DNA of 64,000 nt from Firmicutes bacterium CAG:95 (GCA_000438155.1 FR902981.1:22734-86733), one strand, 5' to 3'. Shown: positions 1 to 10,613, counted from the first letter of the stretch. Notes: generated by a model not told the origin, from the letters alone. Numbers and translations are program-made.

Positions 1-1758
1 CATATTGGAGATTCGGAGTCAACTCATACAGAAAAAGAAGCATCATCTGCAAGCTTTAATAGCAGAAATGCAGAGAATACAACTTTTTCATCGTATACGG
101 ATACTGGAGGTGGAGCATCTTTTACGACACAGCGTCAAGAGAATGGTAATTTCGGCAAGGGAAAAGTACAGCTGAACTCATTTAAAAATCGGACGGATAA
201 GCAGACTTTTAAGGCAAAGACTGAGCATTTTATGGATACAGGTGGAAGAGCTTTTGAAGCTGTAAAGCCAGAAGAGAATGAAGCGGCTGCATCTACAATT
301 GACGATAAAGCAATTCTCGCTACAATTGTGCTGCATGAAAAAATCCAGGAAAAAAAGAAACGTCTCAGAGATATTCAGATTGAGAAAAAAGATGAGGTAA
401 GGCAATTACAGCAGTTTGTCCGAAAAGAGCAGCAGAATAGTTCCGATACTCTTGGATTTTCAGAATCAAGTGCTGAATTTACAGATAAGAATGAAAGATT
501 TCTGGATAAATATTTTAATGCTTTTAAAGAAAAAGATTTGAGCATGTTTGAAAGAGAAAATCTTACTGCTGTTCCGGCAGGAGTCATGACGGATCAAACC
601 AGACAGGGTATTGTAACTGCACTTCAATTAAAGGAAGGGGGACAAAAAAGTGGAAATAATGTTTCTGGTTTCAATAATGAATCAGTATTTGATAAAAAGA
701 GCGAGTCCAACGGAAAACAAAGTGATGTGGAAACTGCTGTAAGTGTTTCTGAGACAGGAAAAGAAGAAAAGTTTTCAAAGACAACCGTTAATGCAGGTGA
801 TAATAAAGAGAAAAAATCAGTAGACTCTTATTTCAACAAGGAATCTGATAAAGCAAATACAGGAACTGAAAAACTGTCAAATAAGGAAAAACTGGAATTA
901 AAGAAATCAGAACAGAGGACAGCAAAGAAAGCGGAAAGTAAGGCTACAAAAAGGGCTGCTGCAATGGCGGCAGTATCAAATATGCTTAGGGCAAAAAAAG
1001 AACTGCAAAATTCAGTAGGAGATATGAATTCTACCGGAAATCTGCTTAAAGATGGCAGTGGTGGAATGATAAAAGCAGCCATAAGCGGAATAAAAAATTT
1101 TATTGTAAATAAGATGCGGGGATTATTGCTAAAAGCTGCGTCAGCAATTATCGGTGGCTTATTACATATTTTGACAATGGCAACACCGCTTATTATGGTA
1201 GTCGTGATTGTAATTGCGATTATGACAACTTTTATGTCTGTATTTACGGATTCAACGAATATCCCGGATGGTGACGGATATGTGTATTCATTCCTGGATG
1301 ATGAGGAAATCAATAACATTATAGAAAGTCAGTATTTGAACTTTCCGGATACGATGAATTATTTAACAGAAGGTGTTCTTCGTTATGCATTATCTAAAGT
1401 GGGATGTGCGTATGATCAGGCACAGCACTGGAATACAACGGTAGATATATTTGACTGTAGTTCGCTTGCTTATCGCACTTATAGGGAGATAGGCATAGAC
1501 ATTTCAAACAGTGGTGTCTATTCAGCTGCGGAAATATGCCGTGAAGCAGCAGAAAGTGGTTTTATTGCATATGGTGATTTGCAGCCTGGAGATTTGATTT
1601 TCTATGGAGGGCGTGATAATGGAAGATATTTAGGCATATACCATGTAGCCATATACGTAGGGGATGGGAAAATGGTAGAAGCAAGGGGACGATCATCAGG
1701 AGTTGTATATTGTGATGTCCGGACGGCAAATATTGTTGGGTATAGCAGATATATATGA
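1..1758 (+). CDS. Conjugative-element cell-wall hydrolase, 5'-partial. Charged/coiled N-region, TM segment, C-terminal NlpC/P60 peptidase domain.
   Basis: Frame 1 is open from nt 1 with no stop before the listed ATG at 232, so the gene starts upstream of the window. The C-terminus has the NlpC/P60 Cys-His signature (CAYDQ..DCSSLAYRTY ... YHVAIYVGDG). A TM helix (ASAIIGGLLHILTMATPLIMVVVIVIAIMTTF) precedes the domain. Tn916-Orf14, PrgK and TcpG are the comparable hydrolases. Confidence 0.75.
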   Translation, partial: HIGDSESTHTEKEASSASFNSRNAENTTFSSYTDTGGGASFTTQRQENGNFGKGKVQLNSFKNRTDKQTFKAKTEHFMDTGGRAFEAVKPEENEAAASTIDDKAILATIVLHEKIQEKKKRLRDIQIEKKDEVRQLQQFVRKEQQNSSDTLGFSESSAEFTDKNERFLDKYFNAFKEKDLSMFERENLTAVPAGVMTDQTRQGIVTALQLKEGGQKSGNNVSGFNNESVFDKKSESNGKQSDVETAVSVSETGKEEKFSKTTVNAGDNKEKKSVDSYFNKESDKANTGTEKLSNKEKLELKKSEQRTAKKAESKATKRAAAMAAVSNMLRAKKELQNSVGDMNSTGNLLKDGSGGMIKAAISGIKNFIVNKMRGLLLKAASAIIGGLLHILTMATPLIMVVVIVIAIMTTFMSVFTDSTNIPDGDGYVYSFLDDEEINNIIESQYLNFPDTMNYLTEGVLRYALSKVGCAYDQAQHWNTTVDIFDCSSLAYRTYREIGIDISNSGVYSAAEICREAAESGFIAYGDLQPGDLIFYGGRDNGRYLGIYHVAIYVGDGKMVEARGRSSGVVYCDVRTANIVGYSRYI

Positions 1759-1873
1759 TTTTTTGTTTTTTGTATCTGTTTTTTTGAATTATATAGTTTT
1801 CATGCAACAGATTTAAGAAAAGCAATATCGTAAAATGAATATGCAGGAATATTTTGTATGGAGGTAAAGGAAG

Positions 1874-3361
1874 ATGGCAGACGAAATTGCACAGGTATGT
1901 CAGATGGAGATTGAAGGAACAACTATGGTCATTAAAGGCTCTGTTAAAGTGATTTCCTGGCTTGCCCAGGCTATTAAAGCATTGCTGCAGAATGCGGCAG
2001 AGCGTAAGACTGAGCATGGTGGAGAGAAACATGATATGCGAGACATTTGGAAACTAAGTAAGGATGGTCCTCCGCAGGTAATACAGGTGGATGAAAAGAA
2101 TCTGCAGACTGTATTGAGCGCAGCTGCAAAACAGGGATTACGCTGGACAAGGGCAACAGATTTTGACGGTTGTGATGGGAAGGTACCTATTTGCCTGCCG
2201 CCGCAGGATATGGCGATGTTTTCAGCAATAGTGCAGGCAAGTCTTCATAAGGATATTTCAGAATCACAAAAAATACTGGATTCCTATAATGAGGAAATAT
2301 CTGAATTGAAGGAAAAGCTTCTCCATGTGGATGCAGGAGAACGTAATTCTGTCCGAACCAGGATTGAAAACCTGGAGCAGGCACGGGATGAATTGATGAA
2401 TATTCTCGAAGAGAAGAAATCGATGGCTGAAAATGGTGGAATTATGTCATTTCAGGATTATCTTGCTACTGCAGCAGGAACAGAGTTTGAAAAGGACCCG
2501 GAAAAGGCTATGGCAGAATTTGCAAAGGGTGTAGAAATGGGGCCGAAAGTGACGGCGAAAGAATGTATGCAGCCAATCAGGTCAAAAGCAGCAATGCCGG
2601 ATTCGGAAGTCCGTTTTTATTCTCCGGAGATGGGAGTTACTGTTACCCGTAAATTTGAGGTGGAAAATGATGTTGTTTATTCCATATATTCCTTCAAAAC
2701 AGAAAAAGGAGAATTATATGAATTCTCTGATAAAGGAATGACAAAAGCAGAATGGAATACACAAACCTTACCGCAGATGCTCGATAAGGCAGGTATATTA
2801 TTGGATACACCATGCCGGATGTTTGATTCTGAGAAAAGTTTACAAATATATGAGAAGTATTATAACAACACTCCAATAGCATCTGAGGAAAAACTGGCAG
2901 AGAGCTATGAATTGGGTTTTAGTTCTGCAGAGGCACAGAAAAATATCATATCGGCAATAGGAGATAAAATGAAAGAATTGTCCTCTGCAGGAATTGATGA
3001 AAACAAAATAAATATTTCAATATCTGCGGAACAGATGATTCAACGTGATGGAAAGATATCTGTGCAGGTCGGAGATTCCCTGTTCCAGTTTGAAGGTGTG
3101 ATTCCAAAAGCGAAGGATGATGGGATGTATACATTGGAACTTGGAAAAGAATCTATGGTAACGGTAAAAGACAGAGATGGGGGAGAAAAGCAAATTTCAG
3201 CTATGCGTGCACAGAAAGTAATTTCCTCAGTACAACAGGGAATGACCGAAACTCCGGATATTATCTTTTCATCACAACGTGGAGCAGGAAAATCGTCATT
3301 ACTTGAGGCAGCTCAAGCAGGTGCTTTACCTATGAAGACGAATTTGCCAGCAAAGAGGTAA
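1874..3361 (+). CDS. DUF3801/PcfB-like protein with a long C-terminal extension, a conjugation accessory protein
   Basis: The N-terminal approximately 130 aa (EIEGTTMVIKGSVKVISWLAQAIKALL...RWTRATDFDGCDGKVPICLPP) resembles DUF3801 proteins, which sit immediately upstream of T4CP genes in Firmicutes elements. Strong RBS (ggaggtaaaggaag). Position directly 5' of the coupling-protein gene. Confidence 0.55.
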   Translation: MADEIAQVCQMEIEGTTMVIKGSVKVISWLAQAIKALLQNAAERKTEHGGEKHDMRDIWKLSKDGPPQVIQVDEKNLQTVLSAAAKQGLRWTRATDFDGCDGKVPICLPPQDMAMFSAIVQASLHKDISESQKILDSYNEEISELKEKLLHVDAGERNSVRTRIENLEQARDELMNILEEKKSMAENGGIMSFQDYLATAAGTEFEKDPEKAMAEFAKGVEMGPKVTAKECMQPIRSKAAMPDSEVRFYSPEMGVTVTRKFEVENDVVYSIYSFKTEKGELYEFSDKGMTKAEWNTQTLPQMLDKAGILLDTPCRMFDSEKSLQIYEKYYNNTPIASEEKLAESYELGFSSAEAQKNIISAIGDKMKELSSAGIDENKINISISAEQMIQRDGKISVQVGDSLFQFEGVIPKAKDDGMYTLELGKESMVTVKDRDGGEKQISAMRAQKVISSVQQGMTETPDIIFSSQRGAGKSSLLEAAQAGALPMKTNLPAKR

Positions 3362-3365
3362 GAAC

Positions 3366-5738
3366 ATGGCAAGAACACGTGCAGTAGTTATGAACGAGCA
3401 GCCTACGATACAATCAAGACTGATTACATATATTGTCGGATTTGCAGTTATCTTTTATTTGATGACACTGTTTGGAGCAGCATGGACACCGGATTGTGGC
3501 TTTTCAAAATGGGTAAATACTTTTGTGATTTTTATCATTGAGCAGGGACATTTCCTTGTAGGTTTTACACGGGCGACACCGGCGTTTATCTGTGTTGGAG
3601 AGTGTATCTGGACATTAGGATATTTGTATTATATTACGGCGATACAACATCCTTTCAGGGGGCGAGAACATGGTGATGCACATTGGGGCGATGTACATGC
3701 CTTTTCAAAAGCATACGCAAATCATGATAAACGTAATGAGGTAATAGTTAATTTTGGAAGCCAGGCAAAACCTAAACAACCGGTAATTGTAAATACACAT
3801 AATTACTGGCTCGCAGAGGGGGTATATGTAAATATTGACAATAAACTAACATCAAATTTGAATATTCTGGTAGTAGGACCGCCTGGAACGGGTAAATCTT
3901 TCCGATTGGCAAGACCAATATTATCGCAGCTTTGCGGAAACTTTCTTGTTACTGATCCAAAAGGTGAATTAAGTAAACAGACCGGACAATTTTTTAAGGA
4001 TAACGGGTATGAAGACCTGGTACTAAATATTGAATCCGAAGAATCCATGGAACACAGTATTCATTTCAATCCTTTTCGGTATCTGAGAAATGAATCGGAC
4101 ATTTTATCATTGACACAAATTTTGTTTAAGGCAACAAAGGATCCAGATGCAGATAACGGTGGGGATGCTTTCTTTGAACAGTCAGCAGAAACATTATGTA
4201 CCTGCTTGTTCTACCTAATGCATTATACCTATTCACCGGAGGAAAAGGACTGGGAACATTTTGTAGATTTGCTTGAGAGTACCGTCGTAAAAGCAAATGA
4301 ACAAACCGGCGGCATTGATAACTCTGATCCAAATGGCATTTTAAACCGATTTGAAAGAGCAAATGAAGGATGGCTAAAAGGTATTTATACGCTGGATAAG
4401 AATGGCAGACCTCAGCCTCAGAAAGACAATTTGAAGGGGCTGGTGGATATAAGAAAGTTTTACAGTGGCGCCCAGGAAACAACCTCATCTATTGTTGCAT
4501 CATTGGATGCACATTGCCGGTATATGAAATTGCAATGTGTAAAAAAACTTCTTTCTGAGGATGAAATAGATATAAAAAATTCTTTTGGCTATTGTAAGAA
4601 AACAAAAAATTCCCCTACCGGGAAACGAGTATTGTTTATTGTTACATCAGAGGATAAGCGGTATTATGACTGGATTACCTCAATGGTCTATTCCATGTTC
4701 TTTGATGAATTATACCATTTGACGACGGTGGATGAAAAACTACATGATACTCTTCCGGAACATCTGACTTTTTTGATGGACGAGTTTGCAAATATTACAT
4801 TGCCGGATAGCTTTGTAGAGAAGTTATCTACCATGCGTTCCAGAGGTATGAGCGCAGTAGTTATTATACAGAACCTGATTCAGCTTAAACGGAAGTTCCC
4901 GAAGTTTGACATGGACAAGGATTTAATAGGAAATATGTCTATTATAGATATTCTTGGTGCTCCTGATCAGGATAGCTGCGAGTATCTTTCAAAAGCCTTT
5001 GGTACCATGACCATTCATAAACAGACAACAGGATTGTCACGAGGTAGTATGCCAAGTTTTTCAGAAAATGAAGATGTGATGAACAAACCACTATTTTCTG
5101 CGGAAGATATGTATGGCATGAATAAAGACGGTCCGTGTGCAATGATTATCAAAGGAACGAATCCATTGTGGGTATCAAAATGTCAGTTTCAGAATTCACC
5201 GCTTTTGCCGTTACTTACAAGGAAAAAGCCATACCGCATGGTAAGAAATGATGATATGGGAATTGTAAAAAAGATTGATCATACACGTTCACCATGTGAG
5301 CAGCAACCGGAACTTCTTATTGGAAGTGCTGCTGAGGCTTTTCTGAAGCAGTGTGAGGATGAGGGCGTTAAAGTAGTGAAGCTGTCATTAGATGATATAG
5401 ACAATATGGCTGTCTTAGATAGAAATAATAGGGAATTAATCTATAATGATGCAACTACAAAAGAATTCAAAAAAGATTTGCAGCGTCAGACAGAGCGTTA
5501 CTGGAAAGAAAAAACAGAAAACACTTTGAATTATGATAATTATGATGATGAAAAAATACAAGTAGTCCAAAAGCTACGCAATGCCGGGTTCCCGGTTATA
5601 AAGATTAAAGCACTGGATAGATTGATTCAATGTAACATCCATTATGAGGAACTTACGACCTATTTCAGTCCTGATATGGATTTGAAGGAAATCAGTAGTT
5701 TTGCCGACAGGCTGGCAGATATTAAAGAAAAAATGTAA
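3366..5738 (+). CDS. Type IV secretion coupling protein (TraG/VirD4/PcfC family ATPase)
   Basis: N-terminal TM helices. Walker A (VVGPPGTGKS) followed by the family motif LVTDPKGEL. 790 aa, typical T4CP size. Confidence 0.9.
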   Translation: MARTRAVVMNEQPTIQSRLITYIVGFAVIFYLMTLFGAAWTPDCGFSKWVNTFVIFIIEQGHFLVGFTRATPAFICVGECIWTLGYLYYITAIQHPFRGREHGDAHWGDVHAFSKAYANHDKRNEVIVNFGSQAKPKQPVIVNTHNYWLAEGVYVNIDNKLTSNLNILVVGPPGTGKSFRLARPILSQLCGNFLVTDPKGELSKQTGQFFKDNGYEDLVLNIESEESMEHSIHFNPFRYLRNESDILSLTQILFKATKDPDADNGGDAFFEQSAETLCTCLFYLMHYTYSPEEKDWEHFVDLLESTVVKANEQTGGIDNSDPNGILNRFERANEGWLKGIYTLDKNGRPQPQKDNLKGLVDIRKFYSGAQETTSSIVASLDAHCRYMKLQCVKKLLSEDEIDIKNSFGYCKKTKNSPTGKRVLFIVTSEDKRYYDWITSMVYSMFFDELYHLTTVDEKLHDTLPEHLTFLMDEFANITLPDSFVEKLSTMRSRGMSAVVIIQNLIQLKRKFPKFDMDKDLIGNMSIIDILGAPDQDSCEYLSKAFGTMTIHKQTTGLSRGSMPSFSENEDVMNKPLFSAEDMYGMNKDGPCAMIIKGTNPLWVSKCQFQNSPLLPLLTRKKPYRMVRNDDMGIVKKIDHTRSPCEQQPELLIGSAAEAFLKQCEDEGVKVVKLSLDDIDNMAVLDRNNRELIYNDATTKEFKKDLQRQTERYWKEKTENTLNYDNYDDEKIQVVQKLRNAGFPVIKIKALDRLIQCNIHYEELTTYFSPDMDLKEISSFADRLADIKEKM

Positions 5739-5752
5739 GAGAAGGAGAAATT

Positions 5753-6091
5753 ATGATGATGAAGAAAGTATTGAACAAGTTAAAAAAGGTAATGAAAGAT
5801 TTCAGAGAAACTGCTGTGATGGTTGTTTTTGCAGTTGCATTCAGTTATATGAACAGACCGCTTCCCGTTTGTGCATCGGGAGGTTATACACAGCCATTAG
5901 ATAACCTGAAAACAGTATTGATTACGATTGCAGGCTCGGCAGGAGTAATTCTTGCCGTTTATGGCGCAATTCGGTTTGCAGTCGCTTTTCAGAAGATGGA
6001 TCAGAATGGAGAGCATTCTGCTATCTACACAGTAATTGCTGGTGGAGTTCTGATTGGTATTTCAGCAGTTCTTGCTGTAATGGGTGTGTAG
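5753..6091 (+). CDS. Small polytopic T4SS membrane protein, possibly a VirB2/TrbC-like pilin-like component
   Basis: 112 aa with 3 hydrophobic helices. Lies directly after the T4CP in the operon. Strong RBS (gagaaggaga). Confidence 0.4.
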   Translation: MMMKKVLNKLKKVMKDFRETAVMVVFAVAFSYMNRPLPVCASGGYTQPLDNLKTVLITIAGSAGVILAVYGAIRFAVAFQKMDQNGEHSAIYTVIAGGVLIGISAVLAVMGV

Positions 6092-7016
6092 AAATGTGCA
6101 ACTATCAAAAAATGGTCGGAGAAGGAATACAGGTAATATGGGAGATATAGTAAAAAGTTTGTATAATGCAGGTTATTCCTTATGGGATACGATTGTGGGA
6201 ATAGCCATGACACTTTTCACAACATCACCGACCGCTGCAGGCGGAGGGGTATATGGAACAGCATATGCTTTATTTCTGGCGATTTCAGATATTTCCATCC
6301 CGATTGCGATTGTGTTTTTTATGATTGCAATTATTAAGGATGTGACATCTACTCCTCCGGACCAGCAGATACGCCGTTTTTTTAATGATGCAATCAAGTT
6401 TGGAGTTATGGTGGGAATTCTGGTTAATCTGTGGAGCATTATGGGGTATGTGATACAAATATCCGATGGTATTACAGGTAATTTAGCTTCCGGAGCTTCC
6501 TATTCACTTATGATACCTGCAGAACTGGAGTCAACAATAGACGAAGCACTTGAAATGCCAGATTTATCCGGGTATGGAATCTGGGAATCTGTTAAGGAAA
6601 TTATGTCATGGATTGGAGCTTTTTTATTGTTCCTGATATCTGGTATTGTGACTTTGTTTGTAGTTGTTGCAAGTGCTATATCTATTTTATCCTGTGCTTT
6701 TCAAAGGATATTAAAACCGCTGGTATTACTGCCTTTTTCCTGTATAACGGTAGCTCTTGCAACAGGGACATCGGAGGCAGGGAGAGTAACAAGCAGTTAC
6801 ATAAAGGCTTTCTTCGGGTTCTGCATCAGTGGGGCTTTCATGGTAATTTGTGTGAATCTAGGAGCTGCATTAGGGAATGGTCTTGTAAATGTGGACTATA
6901 GTGCCATGTCAGATTTCGGGAAAATCATATTCATCAGTGTGCAGAATGCAATTATTCCGATTATTATTGCAGGGCTTGTAAAAAATGCGGACAGCATTAT
7001 CGGAAAATTTTTCTAA
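6084..7016 (+). CDS. Polytopic membrane protein, a VirB6/TrbL-like T4SS channel component candidate
   Basis: 310 aa with at least 6 predicted TM helices, in the T4SS operon. Confidence 0.4.
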   Translation: MCRNVQLSKNGRRRNTGNMGDIVKSLYNAGYSLWDTIVGIAMTLFTTSPTAAGGGVYGTAYALFLAISDISIPIAIVFFMIAIIKDVTSTPPDQQIRRFFNDAIKFGVMVGILVNLWSIMGYVIQISDGITGNLASGASYSLMIPAELESTIDEALEMPDLSGYGIWESVKEIMSWIGAFLLFLISGIVTLFVVVASAISILSCAFQRILKPLVLLPFSCITVALATGTSEAGRVTSSYIKAFFGFCISGAFMVICVNLGAALGNGLVNVDYSAMSDFGKIIFISVQNAIIPIIIAGLVKNADSIIGKFF

Positions 7017-7034
7017 GATAGGGAGAAATAGACT

Positions 7035-7553
7035 ATGGCAACAATGAATCGAAATGTAAATTTGGAAGAAATCAATTCTGATGCTTTTATGGGAATTCCA
7101 TTTTTAAACCATCAGACCATCGGACAGAAGGTAATATTTTGGGGAAGCGTGGTTGTGGCAGTGATATGGAATATACTTGGTACCTTTCTGTTTCATATCA
7201 ATGCAGTAATCATAATTGCTCTCACGTTGGCACCGCTTGCTTTCGGGGTTGCATTTGGCTGCAATTACAACCAGGACCTATCACTATTGGAATACTTGAA
7301 ACTGATATTATTTAAGCCTGCAACAACCTATTATACAAAGCCTGTGGAAGATTTGGAGCAGATAAAGATAGCTGCAGCAAGGATGGATAAGGAGGCAGAA
7401 CTTCTGGAGAAGCAAAAAGAGGTAACACCGGAGCAACAACGAAAATTACTAATCAGACTGTTATCCGGAGTACTGATTGTGGTGCTTTTGTTTGTTATTT
7501 TCTTAATTGTACTCATAGCTTCCAAGGAAGATGTACTGCATCATGTAATCTGA
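7035..7553 (+). CDS. Conjugation-associated small membrane protein
   Basis: 172 aa. Two to three TM helices, then a charged coiled-coil stretch, then a C-terminal TM. Operon context. Confidence 0.35.
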   Translation: MATMNRNVNLEEINSDAFMGIPFLNHQTIGQKVIFWGSVVVAVIWNILGTFLFHINAVIIIALTLAPLAFGVAFGCNYNQDLSLLEYLKLILFKPATTYYTKPVEDLEQIKIAAARMDKEAELLEKQKEVTPEQQRKLLIRLLSGVLIVVLLFVIFLIVLIASKEDVLHHVI

Positions 7554-7574
7554 TTATAACGGTGAGGTGTACAA

Positions 7575-8819
7575 GTGAAAAAGGTATTGATTATTTTTAT
7601 AGGAATTATGGTGGTATTCACCATATTTTATGCCTTATATTCGTCCGGTGTAATTTCATTTGAAACTGCGGAGGATATGGAAAGTAATAAGTCAGATATT
7701 CTTATTACGATTGATGATTTGGAGAATGACAGGTTTTATGTTTGGCATGATACACAGTATTCATTAGAACAGGATTTGTCAGGAACATCAGACCCTAGTG
7801 TATTTACAATTTGTCCGGAAGGAACAAATAACTGGGATAAGAATAAAAGTGTTAATCGTACTATCTGGTTTTCATCCGGTGAAGATGAAAAAATTCCAAC
7901 TCTTTATCCGGGAGACGAGTTGATCTATGTATCACAAACAAGTGTGCCGGGAGAATCAGAGTCGGCACTTGAAAATGGAAATATAAAATGGGAACGGTTT
8001 GCGGATTACGGTTATTCCATAGGTGTAACAAATCTAACAGTTGATAAAAGTGGGCATTATTATATCTCTTATGATTCAGATGCCGGGTATGCTGGTTACA
8101 TTAATGATTTGACAGATGCACGGGATGTTGCAGAGTTTAAAAATTTCGCAGGTTCAAAGATTTATCTGGATAAGGTAGGGGATGTTGATGTAAGGGAAGG
8201 ACTTGTGAGTGATGGTGGTACAATCTTAAGCCTGAATCAGGATAATGAGTATCTTTGTAAGTGGTATAAAGGAACTTATGTCAGTGATTTCAAACTGACC
8301 GCAAATGTACATGTCTTTTGCAGTATGGAATCCTTTTCTACTGTTGAATGGGAATTTGTTTCAAATGATAGCAACTTGAATCATATAAGAAGTTGCATCA
8401 CCATTACAATACCAGAGGAATTGAAGACGGGATATTATTATATATCAGAACTTGGTTTTTTCCGTTATGTAAATATGGATGATATATCTCTTTATAATGG
8501 TAAACCGTATGATCCGACAGTGAATTGGAATGATCCTATTATTTTGTATGATGTGCATGGACAGGTTATGTATAATCCATTCCAGGGAATTGATGAACGC
8601 AGCCGGGTAGGAGCAGGTACAAGCCGGAGTAATGGTGTAAAGGTTGAGAATCAAAATTATGAAAGTAAGGATGATAACTACAATTCTGATTTTCAGATAG
8701 TAGATGATCCGTATGAAAATAATTCGGATGCTGGTGCCGAGGAATACGAAAATTTTGATGATGACATCTATTATGAAGATGAAGGCGATGTGATGGAAGG
8801 TTATACAGACATGCAATAA
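7575..8819 (+). CDS. Membrane-anchored extracellular protein with acidic C-terminus, function unknown
   Basis: N-terminal signal-anchor (MKKVLIIFIGIMVVFTIFYALY), a large hydrophilic domain, and a D/E/Y-rich tail. Confidence 0.4.
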   Translation: MKKVLIIFIGIMVVFTIFYALYSSGVISFETAEDMESNKSDILITIDDLENDRFYVWHDTQYSLEQDLSGTSDPSVFTICPEGTNNWDKNKSVNRTIWFSSGEDEKIPTLYPGDELIYVSQTSVPGESESALENGNIKWERFADYGYSIGVTNLTVDKSGHYYISYDSDAGYAGYINDLTDARDVAEFKNFAGSKIYLDKVGDVDVREGLVSDGGTILSLNQDNEYLCKWYKGTYVSDFKLTANVHVFCSMESFSTVEWEFVSNDSNLNHIRSCITITIPEELKTGYYYISELGFFRYVNMDDISLYNGKPYDPTVNWNDPIILYDVHGQVMYNPFQGIDERSRVGAGTSRSNGVKVENQNYESKDDNYNSDFQIVDDPYENNSDAGAEEYENFDDDIYYEDEGDVMEGYTDMQ

Positions 8820-8830
8820 ACAAACATATA

Positions 8831-8889
8831 CTTCGTGCCATAATGGCACGAAGTAATGAAATATAGCAAAGGGTATATGAATTGGGAGC
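8831..8889. repeat. Hairpin-containing repeat, copy A (cttcgtgccataatggcacgaag ... tatagcaaa ... attggga)
   Basis: A 10-bp perfect stem with a taa loop. It is similar to the copy at 9537..9599 on the far side of the HD-GYP gene. Confidence 0.6.
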
Positions 8890-8901
8890 AAGACATAAGA
8901 A

Positions 8902-9549
8902 ATGGAACAGTATCAGGTTAAATATCGGGAAAATAAATATCTGGCAGTACAGATGCTGGACAAAAACATAAAGAATATCATAGAAAGAATTAACAAGTAT
9001 TCTCCCAATGTCGGAATGCATTGCGTATATACAGCAATTTATGCATCTACTATTGCGGAGATACTGGGCTATGAGGACTCATTAATTCATCAGATTACTG
9101 CAGGAAGCCTGATACATGATTTGGGGAAAATATTTATACCTACAGAAATTCTAAATAAAACAACATCACTTACTCAAAAGGAATTTGAAATTATAAAATA
9201 TCATCCACAATTTGGATATATACAGATTGAAAATCTGTTTGGCCCGGTTATAAGAGATATTGTTTTATTACATCATGAAAAACTGGATGGTAATGGGTAT
9301 CCAAAAGGTATAACACAAATACCAGAATATGTTCAGATTGTTACGGTAGCAGATGAATATGATGCATTGACAAGCGAACGTTGTTATAAAAAGACATTTT
9401 CTTTTGAACAGGCTTTGATGGAATTAAAAGAAGATGTTCATAAGGGGAAGTTGAATGAAAAAATAGTAAATGTTATCTGCGAAGGATGGCTTCATGATAT
9501 GGAGAAATATCATGATATAAGTGCATTGCAAAATGGCTTCGTGTCATAG
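8902..9549 (+). CDS. Stand-alone HD-GYP domain protein, a predicted c-di-GMP phosphodiesterase
   Basis: HD motif (LIHDLGKIFIP) and HD-GYP signature (HHEKLDGNGYPKG). Confidence 0.8.
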   Translation: MEQYQVKYRENKYLAVQMLDKNIKNIIERINKYSPNVGMHCVYTAIYASTIAEILGYEDSLIHQITAGSLIHDLGKIFIPTEILNKTTSLTQKEFEIIKYHPQFGYIQIENLFGPVIRDIVLLHHEKLDGNGYPKGITQIPEYVQIVTVADEYDALTSERCYKKTFSFEQALMELKEDVHKGKLNEKIVNVICEGWLHDMEKYHDISALQNGFVS

Positions 9550-9599
9550 TGGCACGAAGTATTATTTTGGAAATTGCACATTATAGCAAAATATTGGGA
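9537..9599. repeat. Hairpin-containing repeat, copy B (cttcgtgtcatagtggcacgaag + U-tract ... tatagcaaa ... attggga). Acts as the terminator of the HD-GYP gene.
   Basis: The stem-loop spans the stop codon at 9547-9549 and is followed by uauuauuuugg. Homologous to copy A. Confidence 0.6.
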
Positions 9600-9671
9600 A
9601 AAATATAGCTTTCAGGGTTCATGTTTAGCCGAAGTGGCAACTTATAATCAGTTATATAACAGAAAAAAATT

Positions 9672-10613
9672 GTGAAAGAAGGAGTATCAATGGAAGATTA
9701 CAGACTTATTACAATGAAAGATTGTGAAGAAGTGGAATTGCAGAAGTGTATGGACACAATTAAAGAAAAAAATGTACTTCTTTATAAAAGTATCATGCGG
9801 TGTCTAAAAAAAGAAGATTTCAAGGGAATGCGTGATGATGTATTGCATTGTCTGGCTGATAATGCGGACAGATTTGAAAATGATAAGAATATGGAAATAT
9901 CATTTCAAATAGCTGATCTCTTGCAAGACCAGCGAATTAAACCGGAAGATTTTGAATGGCTGATTTCATATTGGAATACTACAACTCTTGCACCAAGTGC
10001 TGTGATAGTGCTTTTTATGATGGCATTAGACAAGAAGCTGCGCTTAGAAGAAATTCAGTCTTGTTTTGAAAGTGAAGATGAAATGTCTATTTTTGAACGG
10101 ATAGAAGGATATTCCAATGAGGATAAAGAACAGAATGAGAGTAATGCAATAACTGTAGTCAATACAGAGAAGGGAAACGTGCAGAATCCGGAGAATGAGC
10201 AGCAGATAAGGAACAGGAATGGGATTGTTTCTGTATTCAGTGATCTATTAACAGTTATGAGTAGTAGTAAGCAATTTGATGGTAATGATACGGTTTTATT
10301 CCAGAAGAAGTTTACAGAATTGATGACTTGTCTGCAGAATAATATAAATGAGGTCAATGCTTTTGCTGGAGAGATCATTCATGAATGGGAAAAGGATAAA
10401 GAGGAAGTGCGCCGTTTGAGGGCAATTTATAATATTCAGCAAAGTGCGTTGTCAAGACAGCAGCAGAATTTGTATGATGCAGAGGATGAAATATCCAGGC
10501 TGCAGGCAGCTGTCCGTGATGCTGAAAAAATGGAACAGCATTATGAAACAATTAGTCAAAAGGTGGAAGAGATTCAAAAGCTTACTAATACTGCCAATTC
10601 GATTGTAGATTAG
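9672..10613 (+). CDS. Hypothetical protein with a C-terminal coiled coil
   Basis: 313 aa. RBS gaaggag. No recognisable catalytic motif. Confidence 0.4.
   Translation: MKEGVSMEDYRLITMKDCEEVELQKCMDTIKEKNVLLYKSIMRCLKKEDFKGMRDDVLHCLADNADRFENDKNMEISFQIADLLQDQRIKPEDFEWLISYWNTTTLAPSAVIVLFMMALDKKLRLEEIQSCFESEDEMSIFERIEGYSNEDKEQNESNAITVVNTEKGNVQNPENEQQIRNRNGIVSVFSDLLTVMSSSKQFDGNDTVLFQKKFTELMTCLQNNINEVNAFAGEIIHEWEKDKEEVRRLRAIYNIQQSALSRQQQNLYDAEDEISRLQAAVRDAEKMEQHYETISQKVEEIQKLTNTANSIVD

Noticed and set aside
178-1319. Minus-strand ORFs (178..405, 375..587, 828..1319) inside the NlpC/P60 gene
   Set aside because: They are fully antisense to a well-supported long CDS. Their composition is low-complexity (F/S/I-rich), which is typical of AT-rich antisense frames.
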